Shown piece by piece: positions 35,045-48,189 of a stretch of DNA of 60,000 nucleotides (position 1 is its first letter; each line of letters starts with the position of its first letter). This stretch comes from Felis catus (lineage: Eukaryota): contig NC_058369.1 of NCBI RefSeq assembly GCF_018350175.1, positions 15,440,001 to 15,500,000 on the forward strand, given 5' to 3'. The notes beneath the pieces are model-generated. The model searched no databases, was not told where the DNA came from, and was given only the letters and a program-made list of their open reading frames with translations. The position numbers and the translations under genes are program-made.

Positions 35045-35235
35045 GTTTGTTACTTTGTTTGTTTATATTTGAGAGTGCAAGTGGGGACAGGCAGAGGGAG
35101 AGGGGGGACAGAGGATCCCAAGCAGGCTCTGCACTGACAGGAGAGAGCCCGATGCGGGGCTCCGACTCACGAACCGCGTGATCATGACCCGAGCCAAAGT
35201 CAGATGCTCAACCCACTGAACCACCCAGGCGCCCC
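35045..35235 (-). mobile_element. Can-SINE within a MER33-like relic (~34895-35270)
   Basis: Reverse SINE; the upstream tgagatgtgctctaag...aaaaaatgtcaaacagctcatcaatatttttacatt resembles MER33. Confidence 0.8.
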
Positions 35236-36244
35236 AAGCCCACAGGTGCTTAAGATGTAGTCTGTCCGGTCGCCACCGCCCCGTAACGAGCGCACTGAGG
35301 CTGTGTGCCCGCCGCAGGAGGAGACGAGACGGCCCTCACAGCCCCTTGAAGCGTGTCTGTTCTGATGGAGGAAGAAGGTACTCTGCGATCTGAGCAGGTG
35401 GTCCTCGTAGCTGAGCCAACGTTCCAGGACCTTAAAAACACACTCAGTTTCGCGAGGACAGGAGGGACATCCAGGGGGACTGCACGTCCCCTCGCTGTCC
35501 TTCGAGAAAGGAAAGATGGTGTTTGTAGTAAGGGAGGTGGCAGAAGGCCCCCCGGGACTGGGCTCCTCTGGGCCCCGGCCAACAGGGGCCCGCACCCCGC
35601 GCCTCTGGCTGGGCTGTGGAGGCCTCGCCTGGGTGGTGTAGGGAGGGGAGCCGAGATGGGTGGCCTTCCCAAGGAGCCTCCGAAGGCCCGATTGTCTGCG
35701 GCCCGTTCCGGCGTGGCCGATGCCTTCCTCTCTGGCGGCGGGGCTTAGACGGAGGCCCTTTGGGGGCTGGCCTCGGAGGTCAGTGCAGTGTTAGAGCCAG
35801 CCCTCCCTCCTCGGCCCGTGGCCCCCGGCCGCCACCCCTCGGTGTGGGTGTGGGGCGAGGCAGCCCTGCCCTGGTTTAGAGCCAGAGAGCAAAGGAAGGG
35901 AAGGGGGAGGGCAGCAGGAAGAAAGGCTCCGATGCTGAGGAAGCCAGCGGGGCCTCAGCCCAGCTGTGTGCTTTGTTTGTGGGGTTTCAGTCTCCGCACT
36001 GGGTATTGGAGGGCAGGCCCGGGGCCTTTCTGCCGCGTGGCCTTTTCTGACCCGGCCGTGGTAGTGGCTTTGTGTCACTTCTGCTGCACACCGTTGGCGA
36101 GAGCAGTCACCTGTGCCTGAATGGGGGAGGGGTGGCAGACTCCCCACCTGTGGATGGAAGGAGCGTCGAGGAATTTGTGGCTGTGTTTTTATTTTATTTT
36201 ATTTTATTTTATTTTATTTTATTTTATTTTATTTTAATTTTATA

Positions 36245-36468
36245 TTTTTTTTTAATTCTTTTTTTCAACGTTTATTTATTTTTGGGACAGAGAGAGACAG
36301 AGCATGAACGGGGGAGGGGCAGAGAGAGAGGGAGACACAGAATCGGAAACAGGCTCCAGGCTCCGAGCCGTCAGCCCAGAGCCCGACGCGGGGCTCGAAC
36401 TCCCGGACCGCGAGATCGTGACCTGGCTGAAGTCGGACGCTTAACCGACTGCGCCACCCAGGCGCCCC
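36245..36468 (-). mobile_element. Young felid Can-SINE inserted in the tail of an older SINE
   Basis: TSD ttaattttatattttt; preceded by (TTTTA)n at 36186-36235. Confidence 0.95.
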
Positions 36469-36489
36469 TTAATTTTATATTTTAAAGTC

Positions 36490-36680
36490 CACTTATTTAT
36501 TTTTGAGAGAGAGAGAGCATGAGCCTGAGTTGGGGAGGGGCAGAGGGAGAGGATCCCAAGCAGGCTCCGTACTGTCGGTGTGGAGCCCAACGTGGGGCTC
36601 GAACTTAAGAACCGCGAGGTCATGACCTGAGCCGAAACCAAGAGCCGGACGCTTAACCGGCTGAGCCACCCACGCGCCCC
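36490..36680 (-). mobile_element. Older Can-SINE
   Basis: Outer TSD gtggctgtgttttt / gtggctgtgatttt spans both SINEs. Confidence 0.9.
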
Positions 36681-36936
36681 GGGTGGCTGTGATTTTAAAA
36701 AGTTACATGTAAGCACAGCCTGGAATGTGTCGTTGGGTGAGTTGTAACAGATGCTGGCGCCCGTGTAGCCCGCCCTCCTGTCAAGGTATAGTAGAGTTGC
36801 AGCCCCAGGAAGTTCCCTCCTGCCTCTTCCAGTCCGCGCCCACCCCCAGCCGAGCACTTTTCTGATTTTTTTCATCGTTTATTAGTTTCGCCTGCCCTAA
36901 AACACAGCATAAATGGACTCGTGCGGTGTTCGTACT

Positions 36937-37846
36937 CAGCCAATATCCTCACTATTCACGGATTCTGTATTTGCGAGTTTGCCCAATTGCTAAGATTTAT
37001 TTGTCACCCCAGAATCGACTCGTAGCGCTTTGGCGGTCATTTGGGGACACGTGCGGAGGGGTGAAAAATGTGAGTGGCCCCCCACACACATTCCCGGCTG
37101 AGGGTGAGCGGGGTGTTGCTCTGCCTGCTTGTTTTAGCTCTCACACTGTAAACAAGTATCTTTTTTGTGGTCGTTTTAGTGCCATGGTCTTTGCATTTTT
37201 ATGCTCTTGGTGGTTTTTCTGTATAAAATGTTCCTCAGGGACAGTGCTGAAGTGCTGGGTGGTATTGGTAAACTCGAGAAGGCTGTGATGTGCTTTAACA
37301 GAGAAAATACCTGTGTTTGATAAGTTTCGCTCAGGCATATGTCCTGATGCTGTTGGCCGTGAGTTCGGTGTTAATGAAGTCAACAATATATGTTAAATAA
37401 GTCATCTTTAGGGGCGCCTGGGTGGCTCAGTCAGTTGAGTGTCCGACTTTGGCTCAGGTCATGATCTCGTAGTTTGTGGGTTCGAGCCCCTCATCGGGCT
37501 CTGTGCTGACAGCTCAGAGCCTGGAGCCTGCTTCGGATTCTGTGTCTCCCTCTCTCTGTGCCCCTCCCCTGCTTGTTCGTGCATTGTCTCTCTCCTTCTC
37601 TTCCTCTTTCTCACTCTCTCTCAAAAATAAACATTAAACAATTTTAAATAAGGTGTCTTTAAACAGAAACACAGATAAAGCGAGGTTATGTACTGACTGG
37701 TTGACGCCAGTGTTACGACCAGAGGCTGGCGGGAACCTAACCCTGTATTTCCTCCGGGGGGGGGGGGGCCGATGTTCACTATTCGATAATTCGGCATTTG
37801 CGGTGACTTCACGGAACATTATGCCGCGAATATCGAGCAGCGACTG
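36937..37846 (-). mobile_element. MER82-like TcMar-Tigger non-autonomous DNA transposon, near full length
   Basis: Termini cag...atcctcactattcacggattc and ccgcgaatatcgagcagcgactg|TA form degenerate TIRs. Internal aaggctgtgatgtgc...agaaaatac and gaccagaggct...ggaacctaaccctgtatttcc match MER82. Confidence 0.85.
37411..37645 (+). mobile_element. Can-SINE nested in MER82
   Basis: TSD aaataagtcatcttta / aaataaggtgtcttta. Confidence 0.93.
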
Positions 37847-39039
37847 TAGTCCTCTTTGGTCTGGCACCGGTCACGCAGAGAATGTCTGTGAAATTCATCT
37901 CTGTTGCTTCTGTGTGTCAGGTGTTTGTCTTTTTTTTCCTTTTGTTTTCTTCTTAACCAAGTAGCATTCCATTCGGTGAGTACTCCACACTTTATTTTTC
38001 CATTTCCCTGTTGAGGAATGTTTGTCTTTCCTTCTGGGGCTGAAGGAGAAGTCGGCTATGGTCATTTGTGTCGAGATAGGCTTTCACTTCTGCTGGCTAA
38101 ATACCTAGGAGGGGAGTGGCTGGCTCATAGAGTAGGAGTGTGTTTAACTTTTTCAGCAGCTGCCAAAAAGTTTTCTGAAGGGACTGGGCCATTTAGCCTT
38201 CCCCCAAACAGTACGTGAGAGCCCCCGCCCCCTTTCCTTCTCGATGCGCTGTTTCGGGGGGTTTCTTTGGGCTCCGCTGGCTGCTTTCTAAACTGGCTCC
38301 TCCGTGAGGAGGGCACTTGGCTGACACCCTTCTAATTCCTTCTGTTAAAATAACTGTCTTCACAGCCGATTTTTCAACCCTTTTTTGGTAGTTACTATGG
38401 TCTCAGCAGGGGGTTGATTTTTTTTTTTTTTTTCCCACCAGCTTTCACTAACGCGGAACACTTGCATGGTTTTGCCATGTCCAAAAACTCACGCGCAACT
38501 AACCGTGGGAAAGTCGGAAACTCTGTGCCGACAAAAACGATGTGTACAAGGGACCGATCGTTCCACTTGGGGGCAATCACTGTTAAGAGGGACTTTTGTT
38601 CTGACACACAGCTTTTTAATTTTTAGGCATCTGAGGGAAGGAGAGTGAACTTTGTTGGAGCGGTGAGTCCCTGGTGAGAATTATCCTGGTGAAGGGCCCC
38701 AGGGGGGGGACACACAGCTAGAACTCAGAAGCCAGCGAATGAAGCCTTTTCCTCTTGAGTTGCTTGTTTCTGGTTCTTGCCGGGAGACCTCGTGTCACCC
38801 TGGTGGCTTGATTTTTTTGAAGGCCGGCCAGAGTTTAATTTTTTGCAGGTGAACATAGGATCAGAATGGAGAGCTGGGGGCCCCTCCTCCCCCTGGGCCT
38901 CGGGAAGCTCTTCTCCCGACCCTCCGAACAACCCCTCTTCGTTCCTCTGGGGAACCAGCAGTGGGAGGGGGAGGGGGCTCTCTCTCAGGGGCAGCCAGAG
39001 TGGGAGATCGCTTCTGGTGGTTAGAGAGTCTTTCCTTCC

Positions 39040-39245
39040 GGGGGCACCTGAGCGGCTCCGTCGGCTCAGGTCATGAGCTCACGGTTCATGAGTTCAAGCC
39101 TCGCATCGTGCTCTGTGCTGACAGCGTGGAGCCTGCTTGGGGTTCTCTCGCTCCCTCTTTCTCTGCTTCTCCCCTGCTTGCTCTCCCTCTCTCCCTCTCT
39201 TTTTCTCAAAATAAATAAAAAACCTAAAAGAAAAAAAGAAAAAGA
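39040..39245 (+). mobile_element. Can-SINE with deletion in head
   Basis: Forward copy with A-rich tail. Confidence 0.85.
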
Positions 39246-40072
39246 ATTTTCTTCTGTCTGGCCAGCAAGCAGTCTAATTTAGGATCTGATCCCGTCAGCA
39301 GCTGGGACGATCCCGTGAAAACAAAACCAGGTCCTGTCACTCCTGAGCCCAGAAGGAATCCTCATGCCCTTCTTCCCGTTCCTCACTCAGCAAAATCACG
39401 TCTGTGTCTGTACTGCAGATGGCTGGCCTACTCTACAGATTCTAAACGACATATTCTCAGAAGCAATGCTTGTGTCTTTGATCAGAAAGGGGAATTGACG
39501 ATGTGCCCCCTCTTAGCCTCTCGGTCAAGCAGCAGACAGGTGCGAAGGCCCCTGGTTTGTGGCGGGGACTCGGACCCAGTCCCCCCACGTTGTTCCCACT
39601 CAAGGCGTGGGGCCGGTTACGGAAGGAGGGCTGTGCCCGGCGCTTTACCAGCACCATCTCACGTTTCCGGCGGCCCGCAGAGCGCCTAGTATCGTTTCCT
39701 GATTCGAAGATGGGGACAGAGCAAGGAGGTCACTCATCCAAGGCCGTGCATGGGGTTAGCTGCAGAATCAAGAGAAGCGTGCTTCCAGACTCTGTGTTTG
39801 TCCCAGGGGCAAAGTGTGGGTGGTGGTACCTCCCAGCTGGCACGGGAGGGGGAGACCCTCCCCAGCCCGCGGTCTCCTGCTCCTGACTCCCTGGGGCAGC
39901 GGGCGGAAGAGAAGGAGCCAGGGCTCTGGAAATTGGAGAGCACCGACATCCCTCCCAGCTTGAAGTTTCCAGCACCTTCATGTTCTTTTCCTTCTCTGTG
40001 ACACCCTTTTTCCTTCTTTGGTGAATGCGTATTTAAAGCATCTCTAAATCAGCCTTGTGTTCGTCTAAAATC

Positions 40073-40303
40073 TTTTTTTTTAAGTGTTTATTTATTTATT
40101 TTAAACATTTTTAATGTTTATTTATTTTTGAGAGAGGGTGAGTGGGGGAGGGGCAGAGAGAGAGGGAGACACAGAATCCAAAGCAGGGTCCAGGCTCTGA
40201 GCTGTCGGCACAGAGCCCGACGCGGGGCTCGAACTCACGAACCGTGAGATCATGACCTGAGCCGAAGTCGGACACTCATCAAATGAGCCACCCAGGCGCC
40301 CCC
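40073..40303 (-). mobile_element. Can-SINE
   Basis: cagccttgtg on both flanks. Confidence 0.92.
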
Positions 40304-40345
40304 AGCCTTGTGCTACAATGAAAAAAGTTTAGGATTTTATTTTTC

Positions 40346-40381
<36 letters not shown>

Positions 40382-40549
40382 TTTTCTTTCTGGTTCCACT
40401 TGGATAGCTGTGGCTGTGGCATTGGGCTGTTGTCTGAGGTGGGGGTGTCTCGCTCTGGAGTGAACTTACGTCAAAGCCTCTCTGTGCCTCAGTATCCCTT
40501 CTGAACCCAGTGTGCATCCTGCACTCAGCCTTGCTCTGTCGTCTGTGGT

Positions 40550-40835
40550 TGGGGTGTGGGATGGGATCCTGGTCCAGATAAAAGGACATTAGTGGGACAG
40601 TTGGTAAAATTTGTAAGATTTGAATAAGGTCTGTAGATTAATGCATATATGCATATCCGTATATGTGTATATGCACACATACATGTATAGGCAGGTATGG
40701 GTTTTGTCAGTGTTAATTTTCTGAATTTTGGTGATTGGAATCATATAAATACTAACATTTGGGAAATCTGGATAAAGGGTATATAGGAAGCTTTTGCAGT
40801 ACTTAAAAAAATTTTTTTTGTAAGTCTGAAATCAC
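40550..40835 (+). mobile_element. L1MC/ME-like 3' end
   Basis: tgggatcctgg...aaaggacattagtgggaca...tgaataaggtctgtagatta...gataaagggtatatagg...ttgtaagtctgaaat. Confidence 0.75.
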
Positions 40836-41128
40836 ATGAGAAGACCCTGGAAGGTGAACAGTCTTGGGGGTGGCGGGGTGGGTGTGGGGTCAGCAACTCC
40901 ATGCATAGGCTGGCTGTGAGGCCACAGGGTGCTCTGAGGACTTGGAACTCTTCCCGTAGGTGTCAGAGACTGAGCATTTTTGAGCAGGAATATGATGTGG
41001 TGAATACACATTAAATTTAAAACATTCTTTAAGTCTTAAAAAAAAAATCCCACCACTATTTCTGAATATGAAGGTAACATATCTTCATTGTAGAATGTTT
41101 TAAAAAATGCGTAAGAGCTTAGGAAAAA

Positions 41129-41369
41129 GGGGTGCGTGGTGGCTCAGTCGGTTAAGCATCCGACTCTTGATTTAGGCTCAGGTCATGATCTCACGGTTCG
41201 GGAGTTCGAGCCCCGCATCGGGCTCTGTGCCGACAGCTCAGAGCCTGGAGCCTGCTTCGGATTCTGTGTCTCCCTCTCTCTCTGCCCCTTCCCTGCTCAT
41301 GCTCTGTCTCTCTCTGTCTCTCAAAATAAAACGTTTAAAAAAAATTAAAAAAATAAAATAAAATAAAAA
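41129..41369 (+). mobile_element. Can-SINE
   Basis: Forward full-length copy. Confidence 0.92.
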
Positions 41370-41529
41370 CCACTCATAACCGCTCTTCATAGCGTATCTG
41401 CATGTGTAAATATATTAAAGAAAAAGAAAAGAAAGCAACCTACTACGTACTGGGTGGTGGTCTCCCCTCCCTTTGTTTCATTTAACATTGTATGACGAAC
41501 ATTTTTCACGTCTTAAGATGAATTGGGCA

Positions 41530-41737
41530 GGACTGTGTTGTCCGCCACATGGGGCTATTTAAAATTAAGTTTAAGTTCATCAAGATTAAATGTAAATTAA
41601 TTAAAATGAAATGAAATTACAGATTCAGTTACATGTGTCCTAGCCACATTGCTCAGTAGCTGCCAGAGCTGACATCGTGGGCAGTGCGGAGAGAACATTC
41701 TCCTCACCGCAGAAAAGGCCCTATTGGACGGTGCTGC
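41530..41737 (-). mobile_element. MER3-like hAT-Charlie element
   Basis: gccacatggggctatttaaa...aattaattaaaat...tagccacatt...agaacatt...cgcagaaa...ctattggacggtgctg. Confidence 0.75.
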
Positions 41738-44331
41738 TCTCGAATAGTTAAAACTTCTAGAATACGTAAAAGTTGCCCAGCGTTTCTTTAGCTCTACCTC
41801 TGCATTTGGGGTTTTATATTCTTTTCTGGTTGGCACACTTCGGCGTCTTAATAACATTTTCGTGAGCTTGCTTGTTTCTTTCCTAACAGCTTCGTGGAGA
41901 TGTAATTCACATCCCATAACCCACCCTTTGAAAGTCGACAACTTAGCGGTTTTTAGGATGGTCAGAGTTGAGCGGCCGTCCCCAGTATCTGATTTTAGAA
42001 CACCTTTATCGCCCCCAAAAGCAAGTCCCCACCATTAGCAGATGTCTCCCTGCTCCCACTCCCCCCCCCCCCCCCCCATGCCAGGCAGCTGCTAAGCTAC
42101 TCACCGCCCCTGTGCACGCCCATCTTTGGCCGCATGTTGTTTTTTTTTTTTTTTTTTTTGCTTAGGAAAAATCGTCTTAAATTGCTGGGTCAAGTGGTGT
42201 GAAGGTTTTTTAAGGCTTTGGGTACGTTGTGCCGCCCTGCCCTCCGGAAGGTGTTGCCCACATGCAGGCTTGCCCCAGCAGCGAACAGAGATGCCCTTTT
42301 CCCGGCATGCTGGGCGACGCTGTTGTTCTCATTGCTTTTCCTCTTTGCCGGTGGCCCAGTGCACGTGGCTCCTGACGTGGTAGAACACGGTTTCCTGTGC
42401 TGAGTGGCCGTTACGCGTCAGATCAGATTTGGGAAAGGTTGCTGGGGGGGGTGTGCCTTGAACCCTGTGTACCCCTGGGGAGCGGAGGGCAGGGAAGGTT
42501 GGAGGCCAGAGAGCGGGGGTGCCCTGGGGCAGGCGCGAACCTGCAGGCAGTCTGGCAAGGCTCGCTCTAGTCTGCAGTGATGGGGAAACTGATGGAAACT
42601 TCCTTCCCCACCGCGATGCAGCGAAGCCATCGCTGGTTTTGAGCAGCTTTCGGAGTGAAGAAAGCGGACTGGCGCAATGACCCCGTAGCCCAGAGTGGCC
42701 TTAAATACTTCCTTTGTGGCTTGGGGGGAGTTCCCTCCGCCTGACCCTGGAGCTTCGGGGTGCATGGGAGAGAAGGCAGAGGCAGGGGAGGCCCGGGAGC
42801 CTGGTGGAATGCAGTTGGTTGTGTTACCTGCATCCATGGCTCTTGACCTTGGCTGTTCCCTTAGACTCATCTGAGGTGCTTTGGCCACGCCCCCAGACTG
42901 GCACCAGAGTCTCAGAGGTCATGGTGGGCATCTGCACTGAGCGGCATAGCCAGACTAGAGAAGTGACCGTCTGCATGGGCCAGAGGACCCAGCACCCACT
43001 GCCTCTGGGGGTTTTTGTGAGCTTACGTGGGGCCAGGAGGAAGACTGTTGCCGGGGTCATTGGTCCAGCTCTGCCCCAAAAGCTTGGCCCCTCTTCCAGA
43101 ACCTGTTGACTCCCAGAGCCACCCAGGTCCGCAGGCTGCAACCTTCGGCTGAAGACAAGACCTTGCTCGACTTGTGTCCAGAGTAACTTGTTCAGATGTG
43201 CCCCCAGGGAGACCTGCCCCCTCCCTGCCAACCCCCAAGCTTTGATCGGATGCCGTGACCCTTGCCTGGATCCCTTTCCAGCACAGTAGGTGGTTCGTGG
43301 CTGTGCGATCCCACATGACACGCAGCATCCGGGTGGAGTAGAGAGGATGTCCTGTGATGGCCACAGCGGGGTCGGGCGGCTCCCAGACGCGTCCCTTCCT
43401 AACTGAGAGAGGGGTACTCACCGGGATGGGATGAGGCCCAGGTGTGAGCTGGGGGGTGCCTTCCCCATGGGCTAGCCCGGTGGAGCCTTCTTATTTCAAA
43501 CCTTATCATAACAACAAAAGGTGCCAACCTGGTCATCACCCGGGTTGGCTGTGCGTTCAGGTAAGGGAAGGCTGCGGGGTCCTCTGTCTGGCTGTCCGTA
43601 GGAAGGAGGCAGGAATCCTGTGGCCAAACCTCGCGCTAAGGCTGCTTTGCTGGCCTCCTTGTTTGTAAATCCAGCCTCTGCAAGGAGTGGGGAAGGTGCC
43701 GTGGCCCTAAACCTGGTTTGTCTTTGGCTGTGGGTGCGCGAGAGATCAGTCAGTACCAGTTTGGAATAACCCACTTCGCGTGGAGCATTGCCCAGGCTGG
43801 GTGGTGTCTGTATTCGGTCAGTTATCCTGTGTAATTGGTTCTCAAATAGCCTTCCTGGAACTTGTGGACAGGGGCTGGAATGTTCCAGGAGGCAGAGGGA
43901 GAGTAGGCTCTGTCCCACCCAGACCAGAGTGGTTTTCCTAGTGTCTGTTATATGTAGTTGAGTTTCCACTGTGTTTTTTTGTTTTTTTGTTTGTTTCTTT
44001 TTTTTGAGAAAAGTTTCTCCTGCTTTAAGCATTTTGAGAACCACTGCTGTGCACACAGAGAGGCCAGCCTGAATTGTGTTTCTCCAGTGCCGGTAACCTG
44101 CAGCCAAAACCACGGCAGTGGTGGTAATGGTAATAATAAAATGTCAAATTGCTGTAGTAGTAAAACTTGTTTGTTTCCTTCTGGAGAGTTGGAAAGCTCT
44201 TAGGAAGGCCTGTTTTATTGCTTTGGCTTCTTAAGGACATTACGATCCGTCATAGCGTTAGTAGGGGTTGTCGCTGGTGCCCGGTTTTTCCGCTAATCAC
44301 CTGGAAGACTGGAGAGAAAGCTCTGGACGAG

Positions 44332-44532
44332 GGCTCAGTCGGTGAAGCATCTGATTCTCGGTTTCGGCTCAGGTCACCATCTCGTGGTTCGTGAGTTCAA
44401 GCCCCACGTCGGGCTCTGTGCTGGCAGCACGGAGCCTGCTGGGGATTCTCTCTTTCCCCTTCTCTCTCTGCCCCTCCCCCCCCAAATAAATAAATAAACT
44501 TAAAAAACTAAAAAAAAAAAAAAAAAAAAAAA
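44332..44532 (+). mobile_element. Can-SINE (5' end slightly truncated)
   Basis: TSD gagaaagctctgga. Confidence 0.9.
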
Positions 44533-45324
44533 GAGAAAGCTCTGGAAAACCGCCCAAGGCCCTGGCCCGCCCACTATGGCCTCCCGGATGACAGCCGGGC
44601 TAGCCTGGGAGGGGCAGATCCTGTGTCGAGGTAGGGGCCCTGTCTTCCAGGAGGTTCTGGCGGGGGAGTGGCCCAGGACGTCTGAGCCACATGGGTCCGT
44701 GACCGTCTTGGAGCCTCCATGGAGGAAACCTTGGCCCCTTGCAGCCCCTGGTGAATCCTGCCTCCTACCTTCGGTGTGCAGAGTATCCTCCTTCTCCAAC
44801 ACCACACACACCTCCTGGGTCAGAACTTCACTTCCTGTCACTTCCCGTGCTCCAGGGGGCCCTCCCGGGAGTTTCCCTGCGTCCTGTCCCCGCCTCCGGG
44901 CCCTGCTGGCTCCTTGCCGGCCCATTAATCATCCCACAGTTGTGCGCGTGCCTCTGGCTTTCCTGTCTCTGCGCCTTCTCTTACCTTTTCCTGAACCTGG
45001 CTCACCCTCCCCTCCCCTCCCTTCCCCTCCCCTGCCTCTGCCGTTTGAATGCATTCAGCGTTTATCTGGCACCTGCCGTGTATGGGGCACTCTGCTGTCC
45101 TTGTGTTTGTGGGGATGCTAAAGTAGAAAGCCAGGCCTCTGCCCTCAGCAGGCTTATTCTCCAATAGGTAAGCCCTACCTGGGCCACAGGCCGCAACAGA
45201 CGGGCGGATGAAGTGCTTGAATAATCCTCGGTGGCTCTTTGCCTCCCGTTGTACATCATTTAAAACAGGAAACTGTCCCTAGTCCTTGCCCTTTCCTGTG
45301 GGAATATTATGATCTTTAAAAGAA

Positions 45325-46390
45325 TCCCATACAGCCACTTTGGAAGACAGTTGGATGGGTGTTTCGTGTTTTTTTCTTTAACCAAACTAAACATACTCTT
45401 ACCATACAACCCAACAGTCTTGCTCCGTGGTATTTCTCCAAATGAACTGAAACTTACGTCCACGCCAGCATCCGCTACGTGAATATTAATAGCAGCTGTA
45501 TTCGTAATTGGCCAAGCTTGAAGGCGACCCAGATGTCCTTCAGGGGGTGAACGGAAGGTCCATCCTTGGCCCTTGGAAGGATGGAGGGCCCTGGAACTGT
45601 GGTCCATCCAGACAATGGAATCTTATTCGGCGCTGAACAAAAATGAGCTATCAAACCGTGGGAAAACATGGAGGCACCGTAAATGCGTATTACCGAGCAA
45701 GAGATACCGATCTGAAGAGGCTACATACTGTACGATTCCACTCCCACGACGTTCTGGAAAAGTAAAACTATGGGGGCAGTGAGAAGATCGGTGGCTGCCA
45801 GGGGTTGGGGGAGGGAGGGAGCACTAGGTGGAACACGGAAGATGTTTAGGGCAGTGAGACTCTCCTGTATGATGCTGTAATGGTGGTTACGTGTCATTCT
45901 CCTTTTGTCCAAACCCACTGGATGGTCAACACCTCCTGTAAACTACGGACTTTGGGTGATGATGTGTCAGCGTAGGTCCATCAGTTGGAACCAATGTAGC
46001 GCTGTGGTGGGGGGATGGTGATAGTGGGGGAGGCCGAGCATGTGCATGGGACAAGAAAATACGGAGACTCTCTCTACCTTCTGCTCAATTTTATTTTTAT
46101 TTTTATTTAAAAAAAAAGTTTTAATGTTTACTTATGTTTGAGAGAGAGAGACAGACAGAGCGTGAGCAGGGGAGGGGCAGAGAGGGAGACACAGAATCCA
46201 AAGCAGGCTCCAGGCCCTGAGCTGTCAGCACAGAGCCCAATGCAGGGTTCGAACCCACGAATCGGGAGATCATGACCTGAGCCGAAGTCGGACGCTTAAC
46301 CAACTGAGCCTCCCAGGCGCACCCCCTTCTGCTCAATTTTAATGTGAACCTAAAACTGGTCTCACAAATAAATTCTATTAACAAAAGTGC
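45325..46390 (+). mobile_element. L1MB-like 3' end, interrupted by a SINE
   Basis: acagccactttggaagacagtt...aaactaaacatactcttaccata...ttctggaaaagtaaaactatgg...gtaaactacggactttgggtgatgatgtgtca...gtgaacctaaaactg. Confidence 0.88.
46088..46325 (-). mobile_element. Can-SINE nested in L1
   Basis: Perfect TSD ccttctgctcaatttt. Confidence 0.93.
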
Positions 46391-46455
46391 CAGAAGCAAA
46401 TAAGCCAAACTGACAAATGTCATGTTAAAAAAAAAAAATCACCCCGATCTATTGG

Positions 46456-46522
46456 TTTTTTTTTTTTAAGATTTGTTTTAGGTTTATTTATTTTGAGAGA
46501 GGGCAAGCATGAGTGGGGGAGG

Positions 46523-46564
<42 letters not shown>

Positions 46565-46690
46565 CCCAAGCAGGCTCCATACTGCCAGCACAGAGCTGAC
46601 TCTGGGCTTGAACCCACGAACTGTGAGACCATGACCTGAGATGAAACCAAGAGTCAGACACTTAACCGACTGAGCCCCCCGGGCGTCCCC
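46456..46690 (-). mobile_element. Can-SINE
   Basis: Reverse copy with (GA)n. Confidence 0.9.
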
Positions 46691-46879
46691 AGGGTGGTGA
46701 TTCTTGAGAGACGGGAAGGAAATGAGGTGAGCTCTCTGGCTGTTGCAGTGTGCTGGCTTGAGAGAGTGTCCACACTGCACACAGGGAGGGAGAAGTTGAG
46801 GCAGAGCCCGGTGAGCTCCGTGTGTTGAAATGCAGCTGACAGTCTGAGGAGACAAAGGCAGCGACAGTTCATAGGACTC

Positions 46880-47895
46880 TAGCAAAATCTTTACCAGGCG
46901 TGTGTCTGATAAAGGGCTCATAGCCCCATTATAAAGGGAATCCTCACAGCTCAACAAAAAGAAGAAAAATGGGCCAAAGATTGGGACAGAGCCTTCACCA
47001 GAGAAGGTGCAGGATGGTAAGTCAACACACCGGGGAGGTGCTCAGGTACGACACCGTTAGTCAGTAGGAAAAAGAAAATGAAACCACAAGGAGACAGCAC
47101 TAGGGACCTCTTCGAATGGATGAAATTAAAAAGACTGTCATTCCAAGTGTTGGCAAGGATGCAGAGAAATCAGAACTCTAACAAGCTGCTGGTGGGGCTC
47201 TAAGATGTTAGAATTTCTCTGGAAAAACAGTCTGGCGTCTTCTTAAGAGGTTAAACATACGCTTATCGTAAGACCCAGCCATTCCACTCCTAGGTCTTCC
47301 TTTACCCGAGAAAAAAAGGAAATGCATTTCTATACAGACACTTGTATACAAGCAGCTTTTTCTGTAACAGCCCCCAACTGGAGACGCCACAGGCCTCTGT
47401 CATCAGGGGAGCGGATAAACAGGCCGTGGTATATCCAGGCCATGGAATACTACTCAGCGCCGAGAAAGAATGAACTCTTCGTGTGACGACACGGGTGAAT
47501 CTCAGAATAATTATGCCGAGTGAAGGAAACTGGATAAGAAAAGAGGACATATTCTAGAGTCCACTTGTAGAACCTCTAGAAAACACAAACTGAGGGGCGC
47601 CCGGGTGGCTCAGTCGGTTAAGCGTCCGACTTCGGCTCAGGTCACGATCTCGCGGTCCGTGAGTTTGAGCCCCGCGTCGGGCTCTGTGCTGGCAGCTCGG
47701 AGCCTGGAGCCCGCTTCGGACTCTGTGTCTCCCTCTCTCTCTGCCCCCTCCCCACCTCCCACTCACACTCAGTCTCTCTCTGTCTCTCAAAAATAAACAT
47801 TAAAAAAATTTTTTTTAAATCTTATCAACTTGTACACTTCAGATGTGTGACATTTATTATATGTAACCGCCACCTCCTGAAAGCTGTTTTCAAAG
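46880..47895 (+). mobile_element. Old L1 (L1ME/MC-like) ORF2-end and 3' UTR fragment
   Basis: tctgataaagggctc...aaaatgggccaaaga...ccaagtgttggcaaggatgcagagaaa...gacccagccattccactcctagg...atggaatactactcagc. Confidence 0.82.
47593..47818 (+). mobile_element. Can-SINE nested in L1
   Basis: Forward full-length copy. Confidence 0.92.
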
Positions 47896-48189
47896 AGGTC
47901 CCTCCGGCCATGGTTTGGGGCACGGGTTTCAGGCAGTAAAGTCTAACTGCAGGGGGAGAAATGCATATTCCTTCCTCTTGTCTAAACATTTGGTTCCTTC
48001 TTTCCCTCCCTTTCTTCCTGGTTGACGCGCTCCGATGATGATAGTGACACGTGATGACATTTTCTTTTGTTGTTGTTGTTGTTGTTGGACGTTTCTCTAA
48101 AATCCTATAGCTGAGGGGCCACGTGAAAGCAGAGGGGTCTGGTGGCCTTTCCTCTTGCTGAGCCCTGCTTTGTAAGAACTCACTTGCGT

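Larger units (their letters stand above)
36690..38220 (-). mobile_element. Old L1 (L1MB/MC-like) 3' fragment split by MER82
   Basis: ttagtttcgcctg...ataaatggactc on the left; gtagcattccatt...ctaaatacctaggaggggagtggctggctcatag...tgtttaacttt...ctgccaaa on the right. Confidence 0.7.
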
